Source: Tubulanus polymorphus
Taxonomy: Eukaryota; Animalia; Nemertea
Direction: 5' to 3'
DNA length: 64,000 nt
Assembly (NCBI RefSeq): GCF_964204645.1
Contig: NC_134030.1
Span: forward strand, 18,560,210-18,624,209
Positions within the stretch are counted from its first letter, which is position 1. Every line of letters begins with the position of its first letter. The notes beneath the pieces are model-generated. The model searched no databases, was not told the origin of the DNA, and was given only the letters and a program-made list of their open reading frames with translations. Shown here one piece after another: positions 48,954-62,158 of this stretch. The position numbers and the translations under genes were made by a program.

Positions 48954-49924
48954 TTAACCCTTTCACTGCTAGTACCCTTAAATGCGCAAGATCTGAAGAT
49001 TCCACCCCGATGCATCGCATTCAATGGGCATACCATTGCATCCACTTCCCGGCGGTACAATGTTTAACAAGCATACTGCTATATTGTGTCTGCTACTGCC
49101 CTGCAGTACGATGTATAATAGACATACTGCTATATTGTGTCTGCACTACCCTGCAGTACAATGTATAATGGGCATACTGCTATATTGTGTCTGCTACTAC
49201 CCTGCAGTATGATGTATAATGGGCATACTGCTATATTGTGTCTGCACTACCCTGCAGTACAATGTATAATGGGCATACTGCTATATTGTGTCTGCTACTA
49301 CCCTGCAGTATGATGTATAATGGGCATACTGCTATATTGTGTCTGCTACTACCCTGCAGTATGATGTATAATGGGCATACTGCTATATTGTGTCTGCTAC
49401 TACCCTGCAGTACGATGTATAATGGGCATACTGCTATATTGTGTCTGCTACTACCCTGCAGTACGATGTATAATGGGCATACTGCTATATTGTGTCTGCT
49501 ACTACCCTGCAGTACGATGTATAATGGGCATACTGCTAGCCTATATTGTGTCTGCTACTACCCTGCAGTACGATGTATAATGGGCATACTGCTATATTGT
49601 GTCTGCTACTACCCTGCAGTACGATGTATAATGGGCATACTGCTATATTGTGTCTGCACTACCCTGCAGTACGATGTATAATGGGCATACTGCTATATTC
49701 AGTCTACCCCACAGTGCCGTGTATAAGGACATATACCACAATATCACGTTTATCCAATATTACCTTTACCGAGTTCAGCATTTACTAATGATATGTTTGC
49801 CAGGAGCAGCTGTCTTTCAATAACATTTTAACTAATGAATAATACACCGCATCACAGGGTAGGTGCAGTATAGGGTGGACAGATTATACACTGCATTGCG
49901 AGGTACAGACACTGAAAGGGTTTT
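48954..49924 (+). mobile_element. family-A-related piggyBac-type element carrying an internal 48-51-bp tandem array
   Basis: TTAACCCTTTCACTGC left end, CACTGAAAGGG right end. About 12 units of TACCCTGCAGTACGATGTA-TAATGGGCATACTGCTATATTGTGTCTGCTAC at 49070-49700. Confidence 0.78.
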
Positions 49925-51097
49925 AAACCATTAAACTAGAAAGCCATCATCGGGATATTCATCATACACGGATATTATGTACCTTATCGAGGTATCGAGA
50001 TTATCCCAAGGCTAAAATCATTCACTTAGATTCATTAATCCCCCAATGACATCATGAAATTACCAAATGATAGAATCTTTAGAATTTAGGTGTCTCAGAA
50101 AATATCCGATCGCTAGCTGTCAATTTGATGACGTCATTGTGGGAGTTGAGGATGTAGCCATCTTTTCTCAAAATCTAAAGATTAAGTTTTTAATTGTAAT
50201 TTGTAATTTTGTAATTTGACTTCTATGTCCTATGGGAATAGTAGGTATTGTGATGATGTCATCGGGTGGATCAACGAACACAGAAGTGTCTATGTCAAAC
50301 CAGTCGACAATTCGATAGATTTAGAACGTAGCACAGATGGTGCAACAAAACACAGGGACATTCGCGGTGAAAGTCAGTTCGTATTCAATGATATTTAAAC
50401 TCGATTTTTAAGCTTCAAAAATTTATCAAACGAGTCATCGGATAGACATAAGATCAGCTCTTTCACACTCAGTGTATGGTATTGAAAAGTGATTTACCAA
50501 TCGTAAAAATTTAATTCGCATTTAATCAAAATGTAGAAGGAAATTGAAGCGCTGTAACCCAGTGTCGCTAGCGACCTCTGGTGGATTATCGCCGAATCCT
50601 CGCTTCGCAGGTATCCCATTACCAAAGCATTAATTTCCGAGATAAATGCCGCTGCCACCTAGCGAGCAAAAAAAAGAAAAAATTTCCAATTCGTAAAAGA
50701 AATCCCTGGTATATAGGAAGTGCAGGGAAAGGGGTTAACACGGGTCGGTGACAGATCGCTGATATTTACGCGTGGCATCGATATTGTCGAAGGGAATTAA
50801 TCTTACGCGATCGGTTTAACGTAATATACGAGAGCTAGTTCTTAATATCCGGCATCCTGGTTTTGTAAACGACCCACGCGCGCGTGGTATTAGAAAGGAC
50901 GACTAATGAAGCGTGTAATGTTCACCTGCCAGGGGCAGCTCCGCGGGTGACGAGTCAGGTTTCGTCGCGTAGATTTCAATATCGCCCAGATTTCAATATC
51001 GCGCTGTTCGAAATGCAGACTTCGAAAAATGAATGATTCGAATTTGAAATCGTCGAATTATAAACACGCGCCGCGCAACGCGAAATTAATAAAAAGG

Positions 51098-51655
51098 CAA
51101 CTGTGAAACTGGATTCTGAGTGGAATCAAACCTACACAACAGCTGTGGAATAGGGTCCAGAACCAACACAACTGTGGAACAGGGTCCAGAACCAGCACAA
51201 CTGTGGAACTGGATTCAGGGTCGAATTAAACCCACACAATTGTGAAACAGGTTCCAGAACCAACACAACTGTGGAACTGGATTCAGGGTCCAATTAAACC
51301 CACACAACTGTGAAACAGGTTCCAGAACCAACACAACTGTGGAACTGGATTCTGAGTGGAATCAAACCTACACAACTGTGGAACAGTGTCCAGAACCAAC
51401 AACTGTGGAACTAGATCCACAGTCAAATTGGACCCACACAATCGGAGAACAGGGTTCAAGAGTCGAAATAAACCCACAATACAGTCAAATTAAACCCACA
51501 CAACTGTGGAACTAGATCCACAGTCAAATTAAATCCACACAACTGCGGAACTAGATCCACAGTCAAATTGAACCCACACAACTGTGGAACTAGATCCACA
51601 GTCAAATTGAACTCACACAACTGTGAAACTGGGTTCAAGAGTCGAATTAAATCAA
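51098..51655. repeat. ACTGTGGAACTGG minisatellite with mixed ~28/39-bp units
   Basis: Same family. Confidence 0.9.
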
Positions 51656-52046
51656 CAACGACCACCTTTCATCAGATTCACGCCTACACTGGCGAGTGAG
51701 TATAGGTATGGTGATTATCTGCCGACGTATTTGATAAATGAAGGGCCGAGTAGAAACACAACAAGCAAATACAATCTAGCTGTCACACACGGGGCAAACG
51801 AGGGTCATATAGACACAGCAGAAAAATATGACAAATCGTCGTAATTATCCGATATCAATAAATCCGAGATAAACGTAAAAATGACACATTTGTAAACGGA
51901 AAGAAAAGTCCATTCGGTCGAATACCGGAATATAGAAATTCTTTCCTCTACAACTATGGAAGGGGTAAAAGTAATAATATATATCCGAATATCAAAATTT
52001 GAGAAAAAAAAACAGTTTTTCGAAAGTTCTTCGAATTATTCAAATC

Positions 52047-52317
52047 TAAACCCTTTCAGTGCGTCTACACCGCAGTGCGGTGTACGAATCAGTGATGGAT
52101 TTTGCTAGTATAGTGTATTGATTTAATTAGTAATTACTAATTATCTCTCTTGAAAGGTGGCAACACCTGTCAAACATAGTGAAATATTAGTAACTAACAT
52201 ACAAGCCGCACTATAGTGGTATTCCCGTTATTCATCACACTAGGGTGGAATTTTTCAGAATTTTCAAATTATCTTCAGCACTATAGGGTTTAAATCAGTC
52301 AGCAGTGAAAGGGTTAA
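52047..52317 (-). mobile_element. piggyBac-type MITE family A, inverted
   Basis: TIRs and family A internal sequence. Confidence 0.88.
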
Positions 52318-52552
52318 ACAACGTCACATTGCATCAATTCTGACGGCAGAAACTTGAGTAGAATAGGAAACGTTTATAGGCTACATTACACGCCCCAGTT
52401 CCAAGACCACGAAGCCATTCACGTTCATTCGAAAAAAGGTTTAGAAGTTTCACGATTTGGACTAAAAGAGAATGTTAACTTTGGACGACGACCCTAAAGC
52501 CTATGTCCCGTAAAAGCTTACGAGGTAACTTGGGAAATTTTGCTAACTCCCA

Positions 52553-52715
52553 TTAACCCTTTCAGTGCATCTACACCGCAGTGCGGTGTATGAACTGGTG
52601 ATGGACTTTGCTAGTACACCACACTGCGGTGTATTGATTTAATTAGTAATTAGTAATTATCTCTCTTGAAAGATGGCACTATAGGGTATTAATCAGTCAG
52701 CACGTAGAGGGCTAA
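52553..52715 (-). mobile_element. piggyBac-type MITE family A, internally deleted
   Basis: Both ends present, middle missing. Confidence 0.8.
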
Positions 52716-52732
52716 GCAAAGTATATACCTTG

Positions 52733-53219
52733 TTAACCCATTAGCACTCAAGACGCCCGTATCCGCCCTGCCTATTACTCCTCAAGCCGCCCGAATCCGC
52801 CCTGACACTTTTTCGTATGCTGCACGAAAACGGTTACAGTGAGATGCGAAATCAATAGCTTATCTTAAACTAGACACCTCCGAGTCCTTGGAATACCGAA
52901 CAGAAATCAACATCTTTCCATTTCAAATTCTCGAGTATTAGCAGAAAGAACATGACAGATCTGAATGTGCACTTCAAATCCGAGTAAGTTTGGATGAATT
53001 TCGGGGGACCAAAAGTACACAATTTTGGTGGCCCACCTCATCGAATCTTACAGAATATGAAAGCCTTGACTTTTTACTACAAAATTAAGCTAACTTGTAG
53101 TGCATGGAAATAAACAGCGATTGAGGTATTCGGTATCGTGATGAACTTAGATTTTACCTCGAATTAACTGAGGAGTAATTGACACTACACAGTGAAATTC
53201 CTGAGTGCTAATGGGTATT
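52733..53219 (+). mobile_element. piggyBac-type MITE family B (~480 bp)
   Basis: TTAA|CCCATTAGCACTCA...TGAGTGCTAATGGG TIRs; homologous copies at 41156-41285 (inverted end) and 63627-64000. Confidence 0.8.
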
Positions 53220-53774
53220 AAAAGAAAACCTTCAGTTTCTTAACCTTTGAAGTATAATTTTCAACTCGAAATTCGGTTCACATTTTCCGGGATTTTTTAC
53301 CTAAAACCCGAAACCTGAATTCAGTTCAGATTGGGAGTTTGAAATATTCATCTACGTTCGTACCTACTATCGACGCGATCTTCAGAGATCCTAAAACTCC
53401 GAATTGTGAAATCCTCCTCGAAAAGTTAACTTCAAAATATTACGAGCGTCCTCAAATTCAAACCGCTAGACGGGATCTTAAACGACGCGAAACAAATTTT
53501 AGAAAACGGCAGAAAAGTCTATTTCCTAGTAGCTCCTTGTAGTAGTCAATGCAAATACTGAGTGTAAACATATAAGTGGCAAGAGTTCCTTCCAGGAATT
53601 ACGAAATATGCGAATTTATCTTATCAATCCGTCACAAAAGCACTTTACTATAGCCTATACCTGTCTCAAAATGTACATGTGTGTACTAAACGACTTCACA
53701 CGCGTCATCAGAGTCTTCCCTGGACGTTTGGGGTCATTAGAATTAGTAAACATCAAACTTAAAATGGCAGGAAT

Positions 53775-54385
53775 GAACGTGGCAGAGTCTCATGATGCCA
53801 TCAGGTTCAAATTCCTGAGGCGGCAGAGTTTCACAATGCTATCAGCTTCAAAACCCTGCAACGGACGAACATGACAGAGTCTACCAATGCCATCAGGTTT
53901 AATCCCTGCTGAGGGGGAATATGGCAATTGCTATCAGGTTCAAATCGTTGCAAGGGTGGCAGAGTCTCACAACGCCATCAGGTTCAAATTCCTGAGAGGG
54001 AGGAACGTGGCAGAGTCTCACAATGCCATCAGGTTCGATCCCTGCTGAGGGGGAATATGGCAATTTCCATCAGGTTCAAATCGTTGCAAGGGTGGCAGAG
54101 TCTCACAACGCCATCAGGTTCAAATTCCTGAGAGGGAGGAACGTGGCAGAGTCTCACAATGCCATCAGGTTCGATCCCTGCTGAGGGGGAATATGGCAAT
54201 TGCCATCAGGTTCAAACCGTTGCAAGGGTGGCAGAGTCTCACAATGTCATCAGGTTCAAATTCCTGAGGAATATGGCAATTGCCATCAGGTTCAAAACCT
54301 TGCGAGAGAGGAAGGTAGCAATCTCAAGTTTAAATCCCTGAGATGGAGGAACGTGGCAGTCCCACAATGCCATCAAGTTTAAATA
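53775..54385 (+). repeat. GTGGCAGAGT...GCCATCAGGTTCAAA minisatellite with a 136-bp higher-order repeat
   Basis: Higher-order units start at 53889, 54025 and 54161, each with three subunits carrying GGTTC(A/G)A. Confidence 0.92.
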
Positions 54386-54777
54386 TTCGCAAAGAACGAG
54401 GGCAGATAATGGCATCATAAGACGTGAAGGGGTTAATTTTAACCGCATGCCAGGGTTAGATCACGAATCAATAGTCGATACGAACTAATTGACAAGATTT
54501 CGAACAATAACGCAATCAGTTTACGGTACACTTAGTCAAATCAACCAAATACAATTTCGACATCCAAATCAACGTGATTGAATTTACATCTTTAACAACA
54601 TCAACTTCATTCCTCGGCGACATTTACATACATAAACTGCTCGCGCGGAGAGACGATTTGAATTCTCGATGAGTCGCGCTTCCGAGCCGAAATCTACTCG
54701 CGGTTTATTACCATCGAGTGGAACAACTCGAGTACGGTGCGCCTGGTGTGAGATATACGGCACATCCTGCCTGGGCT

Positions 54778-54999
54778 GGGGTTTGAATCTGATGGTATCG
54801 CTACACTCAGTCACGGCACGAACCCCTGCAACACTAGACCGGGCGCGCGGGTTAACGGAATAAAAACTCGGGACACCAATCAGATTGCTCGTTGTATAAT
54901 TGCTGAGGTAAATTTCGCGGAAGAACTATAAATGGTAAAACCCGGGCTAAAATGAAACGGGATATCCGATTGGCTGATAATGACATCATCTAAGCCGCG
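54778..54999 (-). mobile_element. second copy of the 34817-35040 repeat
   Basis: Colinear identity. Confidence 0.7.
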
Positions 55000-56384
55000 G
55001 TAGGATTCTGTAGGCCCTATTCTAGAAGATTCTACGACTGGCAAGTGAGGATCTACCAGGTGTCATTAGTTCGCAGAAGGACATCAACTATTGCCAATCA
55101 ATAATCCTCCAGGATCGCTAGTGGCATTCGGTTACCACGCTTAAATTTCTTCCACATCTCAATGACAATTCGAGTAAACTTTTCCGATTAGTTAATCAAT
55201 TTTCAGTGAAATCAATACCATCCACTGAGTGAGAGAGGGAGTCATATATCTATCCGATGAGTCGTTTGATAATTTTCAAATTTCTAAGCTCAAATATCAA
55301 GTTCAGATTTCATTGAAAATGAACTTTTTTCTACGAATGACCCGATGCTTTATAGCGCCATCTGGTGAGCGCTGGTAACCCGTTGTGGCAAGTGAGAATC
55401 CACTAGGGGTCGCCTGTAGGCCCCGATTAATCTTCAATTTCACCTAGGTTCCATTCGAAATGGAACCACCTTTCCTTCATTTTGAGTAAGTCAACTATCA
55501 ATGAAATCTATCTCAAGCACCAAGGGTAAAAGGTGGATCCTTTTTGAGGCTCAATGATAGAGTTTAAAAATCCATTGAACTCGAAAATTGAAAACAAACC
55601 GATTCTAGCTTTTACGTAAAACTGAGACTGTAAGCCACAACGCCATCTGGTGTCATCGAATGTAAACCAGTTTCACCGTATTTCCCGCGAACACGCACAG
55701 ACTTGTTCTATCAGTGAGATACTATCTCTATTCCCCGCAGTGAGACCATACATTGCGCGGCCGGTCAATACGCGTTAATGAGTTTGCCGCGGTCCGAAAC
55801 GCAATCGACGACGACGTCGCCGTGGCGATGATTGTTGGCGATTAATTTGTCTATTTTCGATCTCACCAGTCATGTGTATAGAAATCAGTAATCAGTAATC
55901 AGACTCAGACGAAGAGAACCGATCCCTGAACTTTAAAACCTCGCGAATCAAAAGAAAAGATACGCCTTCTCAATAACATTTTCCGACCAAAGCGACCGAC
56001 ACTTTCCGATCAGATCTTTACTTTTTCTGTCGCGAAAACGAGTATCACGTTTCTATTTTTGGGAGCGCAGGAAAAGAAAAGGTTAGGGAGAAAGAGGGAG
56101 ATGGGGAAAGGGAGGGGGTGAAGACAAAAGCAGGGAGATTGGAGACACAGAGTGGGAGATAGGGGATTAGAGGGGTGTCTGACCCGAGATAAGAGACTAA
56201 AGAGATCACAATGCAAAGAAAAAGCCGTGCATTAGATTCGTACCTTTGAAGTAAGACAATTAGGATATACACGCATCACAGGTACTCCGAAAGGTTATTG
56301 ATCTGAACCTGGTGGAGTACAAGGTCACGGTCACGTGGAGATGCGCAGCCATCCGCAACTTATAGACAACGCTATTTAAAACGA

Positions 56385-57360
56385 AGCTAGGCTCATTTCA
56401 GTTCTATAACCGATCCAACAAATTAGAATGAGTTTAAGTAAGCTCATTTCGGCTTAGCAAATAATCCAGTTGAAGCGGATTTTGGTTCTAAATCCACTTT
56501 CAATAGCTCATTTTAGTTCTATAGATTATCTATCAACCGAAGACCGGTTTAAGCTCATTTCGGCTCAGCATCTTATCCAGTCTAAGCTCTTCTTGATTCC
56601 AAAGCCAATCTAACAACTTAAGACCCATTTGAAGCTAATCTTGGTTCTAAATCCACTTTCAATAGCTCATTTTAGTTCTATAGATTATCTATGAACCGAA
56701 GACCGGTTTAAGCTCATTTCGACTGAGCATCTTATCCAGTCTAAGCTCTTCTTGATTCCAAAGCCAATCTAACAACTTAAGACCCATTTGAAGCTAATTT
56801 TGGGTCTACAACCAATCTTACAACTTACAACCTGTCCAAGCTCATTTCGGCGCGATGACCAATCTAACAATTTGCAATACCAGTCTAAGCTGATTTTCGT
56901 TCCATAGCTAATCTAACACCTTAATACCGGTCTAAGCTCATTTTAGTTCTATAACCAATCTAACAACTTAAGACCAGTTTAAGCTCATTTTGGTTAAGAC
57001 CAGTCTAAGCTCATTATGGGTCTATAACCAATCTAACAACTTAAGACCAGTTTAAGCTTATTTTGGTTAAGACCAGTCTAAGCTCATTTTGGGTCTATAA
57101 CCAATCTAACAACTTAAGACCAGTTTAAGCTCATTTTAGTTCTATAACCAGTCTAACAACTTAAGACCAGTTTAAGCTCATCTTGGTTAAGACCAGTCTA
57201 AGCTAATTTTGGGTCTATAACCAACCTAACAACTTAAGACCAGTCTAAGCTCATTTTGGTAAAGACCAGTCTAAGCTGAGGATTGAAGACCAGTCTAAGC
57301 TGATTTCCGTTCCTTAGCCAATCTAACACCTTAATACCGGTCTAAGCTAATCTAACAACC
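56385..57360. repeat. 47-bp minisatellite family, inverted, mixed units
   Basis: Same units with internal larger duplications. Confidence 0.92.
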
Positions 57361-57865
57361 TCTCCTGACAATTCTCAGATCGATATAAACGGCCCTCGAT
57401 AATGAAACGATCAAGAGGGATAGGGTATAGCGAGCAATATAGAAACACCCAGTTTAGAGAGAACAGACAGCTTCATCAGGGTTGATTCTCAAACGAGCGG
57501 ACTGCATCCACACGCGACATTCCCAACATATAGAGATTCATTAACTCAACCGACGAGAAATTCATCTCCATTCATTACTTCAATTCTGCGCGGTGCGCAT
57601 TTCTCAAGGTCGTCGCTGCCCGATTATAGCCGCGATCGCACGAGTATTTTTAACATGGACAAATGATCAGGGTGTGTTGTAGTATTTAAAGACTTTTGAT
57701 CACCTCCCGAGCCATAAGAGCTGTACCGGAAGGGCGATACACTCGATATGGGGTCCTCGGACTCGCGCTCGGCGAGTTGAGAGGGAAAAGAAACATACGT
57801 TAGTAGAACCCGGATGAGCTCGTAGATCGATCTTAATTCCCCCAGACTAGACGTTTAACAAAGTC

Positions 57866-58088
57866 TTAAGCCGGGCGACTGCCAGCGACTGGTTGCGACT
57901 GCCAGCGACGCCCGTCGCAATGAGTCGCACGTGTTCTTCTTTCTGCGACGCGACGCGACCGTCGCAACCGATCTACGCGCTCTTGCGACTGGGAGCAACT
58001 AGTCGCACACAGTCGCTGACAATCGCGTCGCAACCGACTCACTTGTGACGCAACGCGACAATCGCATCGCGTCGCAAGGTCGGCTTTA
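57866..58088. mobile_element. GC-rich MITE with many TGCGAC/GTCGCA subterminal motifs
   Basis: AAGCCG ... CGGCTT termini with T/A-rich flanks; dense GCGAC repeats in both orientations. Confidence 0.55.
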
Positions 58089-58429
58089 GAAATCTAAAAC
58101 CGACATATAGGAATATCACGAGCAGCCGCATTGAAAAAGTTGTTTGGTTTCATCTTGATTTCTCACTGTTTCAGTTCGTCATCATCTCCACCGCCAACGG
58201 CATCCACTTCAGTCGCTGCAGTCAACCGACCGCTAATGAGCGTTCCGTTTCATTTCAGGGCCGACTTTTAACTGGCAATTTCTACTTTCATCATCGAAGT
58301 CAGCGAAATCTTCTATTCGTTATAATTGGTTGAATTGTTCCAACGCGAAAAACCAAGCGGTATTTGTCATCGGATTTCAAGAGCTAAATAGGTCCCTGAA
58401 CTCATGTTCCTTGGGAACAGTCAAAACCT

Positions 58430-59200
58430 ACTTTTGTTCTATAACCAATCTAACAACTTAAGACCAGTCTAAGCTCATTTTGGTTCTATAACCAATCTAA
58501 CAACTTAAGATCTGTCTTAGCTCATTTTGGTTCTATAACCGATCTAACAACTTAAGACCAGTCTAAGCTCATTTTGGTTCTATAACCAATCTAACAACTT
58601 AAGATCAGTCTAAGCTCATTTTGGTTCTATAACCAATCTAACAACTTAAGATCAGTCTAAGCTCATTTTGGTTCTTTAACCAATCTAACAACTTAAGACC
58701 AGTCTAAGCTCATTTTGGTTCTATAACCAATCTAACAACTTAAGATCAGTCTAAGCTCATTTTGGTTCTTTAACCAATCTAACAACTTAAGACCAGTCTA
58801 AGCTCATTTTGGTTATATAGCCGATCTAACAACTTAAGATCAGTCAAAGCTCATTTTGGTTATATAGCCGATCTAACAACTTAAGACTGGCCTCAAGCTC
58901 ATTTCGGTTCTTAAGTTCTATAGCCAATCTAGCAAGATCTAACATCTTAGAAAATAAGCTCATTTCAGTTCAATAACTAATCTTATGACTTCAGACTGCA
59001 GTAAAAGCTAATGTTGGTTCAATAACCATCTAAAAACTTAACACCACGCAGTTCGAGCTCGGTTTGGTTTCGTAACCATTTCTAACGCCCTCAAAAACTC
59101 ATATCTTAGTTCTATAACTAATCTTAGGTTCAATAGTTATTCTAACAACGCGAGACCTGTCTGAGCTTTCAGATTCGATAACTGATCTGACAAATTAAGA
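58430..59200. repeat. 47-bp minisatellite, inverted, homogeneous core
   Basis: About 10 near-perfect units, then decay. Further degenerate arrays at about 1740-1930, 9305-9510, 16365-16600 and 45060-45290. Confidence 0.95.
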
Positions 59201-59699
59201 CTGCTACCAGGATTTGATGCCAATTCGGCAAGTCACAACCGTGAAACTCTTATTACACCTCAATCCTCTCACGATCACTAGACCGAAAAAAAACAACTTA
59301 CCACCTGATCGTAACACGGTTCCAGCAACCTATACATTTTTACGACACGCGGTGAAAAAACGTTTATCCTATAAGACGGATTTCACGCGAGACCGAGATG
59401 AATTTATTTCGCGCTCGACCGCGTATCTTACGCGGCGCCGGTGAATATTAGTCCTAACAGTGATCGACGCGCCGAAAAAGGTCGTACGAAAAAACTAATA
59501 TCCGTAAACCGGGAACGCCGGCAGTGAGCGCGCGCGCTAAGAAATCTGTAATCCGATGAGGAAGTAAATAGGGATATCCGCGCAACACTTTGTCGCGTAT
59601 ATATCAAATCCGGGATCGAAACCGAAACCGGTGTTTAGTGTTAACTTCGTTCGAATTAGCCAAATACTCCCGCATCGAAATTGAATTGCGTATCTTTTA

Positions 59700-59930
59700 G
59701 TCCGTAACCGGCAAATATTGTTATCTTAGTTCGAGTGGAAATGTTTCGAAACTTAGATCAGTAATTAGTCCGAAACCAGCAAATATTGTTATCTTAGTCC
59801 AAGTGGTAATGTTCCTAAACTTAGATCAGTAACTAGTCCAAAACCAGCAAATATTGTTATCTTAGTCTGAGTAGAAATGTACCGAAATTTAGATCAGCAA
59901 TTTGTCCGTAACCGGAAAATATCTTTATCC
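59700..59930. repeat. ~67-bp tandem repeat x3-4
   Basis: GCAAATATTGTTATCTTAGT...TTAGATCAG. Confidence 0.85.
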
Positions 59931-60360
59931 CGATTTTTGTATAAAGGTATTACGAAGTTTTGCTTGAATATGACGAAGAAGTCCGAAACTGGTATATACT
60001 GTTATCCTGATTCGGGAATATTCGGATAATCCAAAAACCAGCGATTATCGAAATAGATAATACGGGAAATCCGGAAACGAGTCCGACTGCAAAGTTCTTC
60101 GAAACGAAAGCTTGAATTCGCACCCGCTATATTTAGAAAATTTTCACAAAAGAAATCAAAGGCGTATTCCTTGAATCCCTGTAGGATTGCTCTTGAATTC
60201 GATCGCGTTGATCACAATTGAAGCGCATTTTCTTCGGTCAAAATATCACTTTTGACTGGCGACTAAAATATGACCTCTACATATCCTCTTTGAAATGAGC
60301 ATCACCGTTTTTACTCCTGACAAAAAAAATCACGATTTTGGGGCTACGCGACGTGCGTAC

Positions 60361-60520
60361 CCTCGGTTTTTAAGAGCGAGCTCTGCGACCGACGGTGGAC
60401 GACGACTCAATCATGATCGATCAGAGCACCGCGCGCTCGCGTCGTGCGGAATTGACAAGCGATTTACGAGGCTACGCGTCGACTACTACCGAGTCTGAGT
60501 AAGAGCGGAGAGAGTCGCGG
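60361..60520 (-). promoter_or_regulatory. candidate non-coding first exon / promoter of the rols/TANC-like gene
   Basis: CpG-rich unique block with donor-like AGG|GTACGC at 60361/60360, CT-rich tract upstream, and a short uORF (MIESSTVGRRARS*). No transcript evidence. Confidence 0.25.
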
Positions 60521-60689
60521 AGAGAGTCGCGGAGAGAGGAGCCGAGATTCGAGGAGATTAATTAAACGACAGAACGCGCGACAAACCGGTTATAAACATT
60601 GACGTAACGGTTCAATCATGAAACACTCATTGAACCGACGACGGTCACCGACAGCTACACCCTTAACCACTACCAAAAATTAACCCTTT

Positions 60690-61225
60690 CATTCATTATT
60701 TAACTCTTCCATTGATTGTTAACTCATTCGTTGATTGTAAACCCGTTCATTGATTGTAAACTCATTCATTGAGCGTTAACTCTTTCAATGATTGTTACTT
60801 TATACTGATTGTTAACTCTTCTATTGATTGTTAACTCATTCATTTAGGCCTACTGTGAACTCTCTCGTTGATCGTTAATTTATTTGTTGATTGTTAATTC
60901 TTTCGTCGGTTGTAAACTCATTCATTGATGGTTAACTGTTTCATTGATTGTGAACCGTTTACAGATTGTTGACTCGGTCACTGATTGTTAACTCGTTGAT
61001 TGTTTAACTCATTGATTGTTTAACTCATTGATTGTTTAACTCATTGATTGTTTAACTCATTGATTGTTTAACTCATTGATTTTTCAACTCATTGATCGAT
61101 TGTTTAACTCGTTCACTGATTCTTAACTCATTAATTGACTGTTAACTGTTTCATTAATTGTTAACTCGTTTACTGATGGTTTAACTCGTTCACTGATTGT
61201 CTAACTCTCCGATTGATTATAAACT
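60690..61225. repeat. degenerate TTAACTCATTGATTG minisatellite (16-20 bp)
   Basis: Perfect 16-bp units at about 61000-61080. Confidence 0.85.
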
Positions 61226-61829
61226 TTAATTAAACCTGCCATGCCACTTGCACAATACCGACTTAAGTCCAGATGGTCGCGAATCAACCAATTTTTAAGT
61301 TGATAGATCAGCTATAGAACAAAGATAGTCCTGGACTTAAGTCTTGATTAAGCCTAGACTTAAGACGAACTTCAGCCAGCCGAACCGATATCGCGGCCTA
61401 CGGACCAAACACTGGCAACGGTATTAGGACGCCGGCTGCGGCGAGTGAGTGAAGCAATCGGTTTAATTAATGTCGCCACAAATCAAGCTAAATTGGCAGC
61501 GGCGTCGACAGGCGAGCGCCGACCAGCATCAACGCACTGCGCGTAATTCGGTAAACAAATATTTGGCTAAGCTCCGCGGCTCGAAGATTTGTAGCCGGAC
61601 GGGGGCGGGATGGCGGAGAACGGCGTAAATCAGCTCGGCCAACATGCAGCTAGAAAAACATCGAAATGAGAAATCATTTTTTTTTTCATTCGCCCACCAT
61701 TGGGTAACCCGGAACAACCCGCAGCGCCATCTAGCAATGAAAAAAACAGTATTGCTTAGAATGCAATCGAAACTACACTAGCTCTAGTTACATTTTGAGA
61801 CAGTTTTTCATTATTATTGTGGGGTTCTC

Positions 61830-62158
61830 TCTACATTGCATATCGGAGTTTCTTGTTTTACATCGCATATCGGTGTTTCTTGTTTTACATCGCATATCGG
61901 TGTTTCTTGTTTTACATTGCATAACGGCGTCTCTTATATTACATCGCGTATCGGTGTTTATTGTTTTACATCGCATATCGGCGTTTCTTATTTTACATCG
62001 CGTATCGGTGTTTCTTGTTTTACATCGCGTATCAGTGTTTCTTGTTTTACATCGCGTATCGGTGTTTCTTGTTTTACATCGCGTATCGGTGTTTCTTGTT
62101 TTACATCGCGTATCGGTGTTTCTTGTTTTACATTGCGAATCGGTGTTGCTTGTTTTAG
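61830..62158. repeat. 27-bp minisatellite (TTTTACATCGCGTATCGGTGTTTCTTG) x ~12
   Basis: Tandem; explains the 9-aa repeat ORFs. Confidence 0.93.

Noticed and set aside
49070-49700. CRISPR-like repeat/spacer appearance of palindrome-bearing arrays
   Set aside because: Spacers are identical rather than unique, there are no cas genes, and the context is eukaryotic intronic or intergenic DNA.
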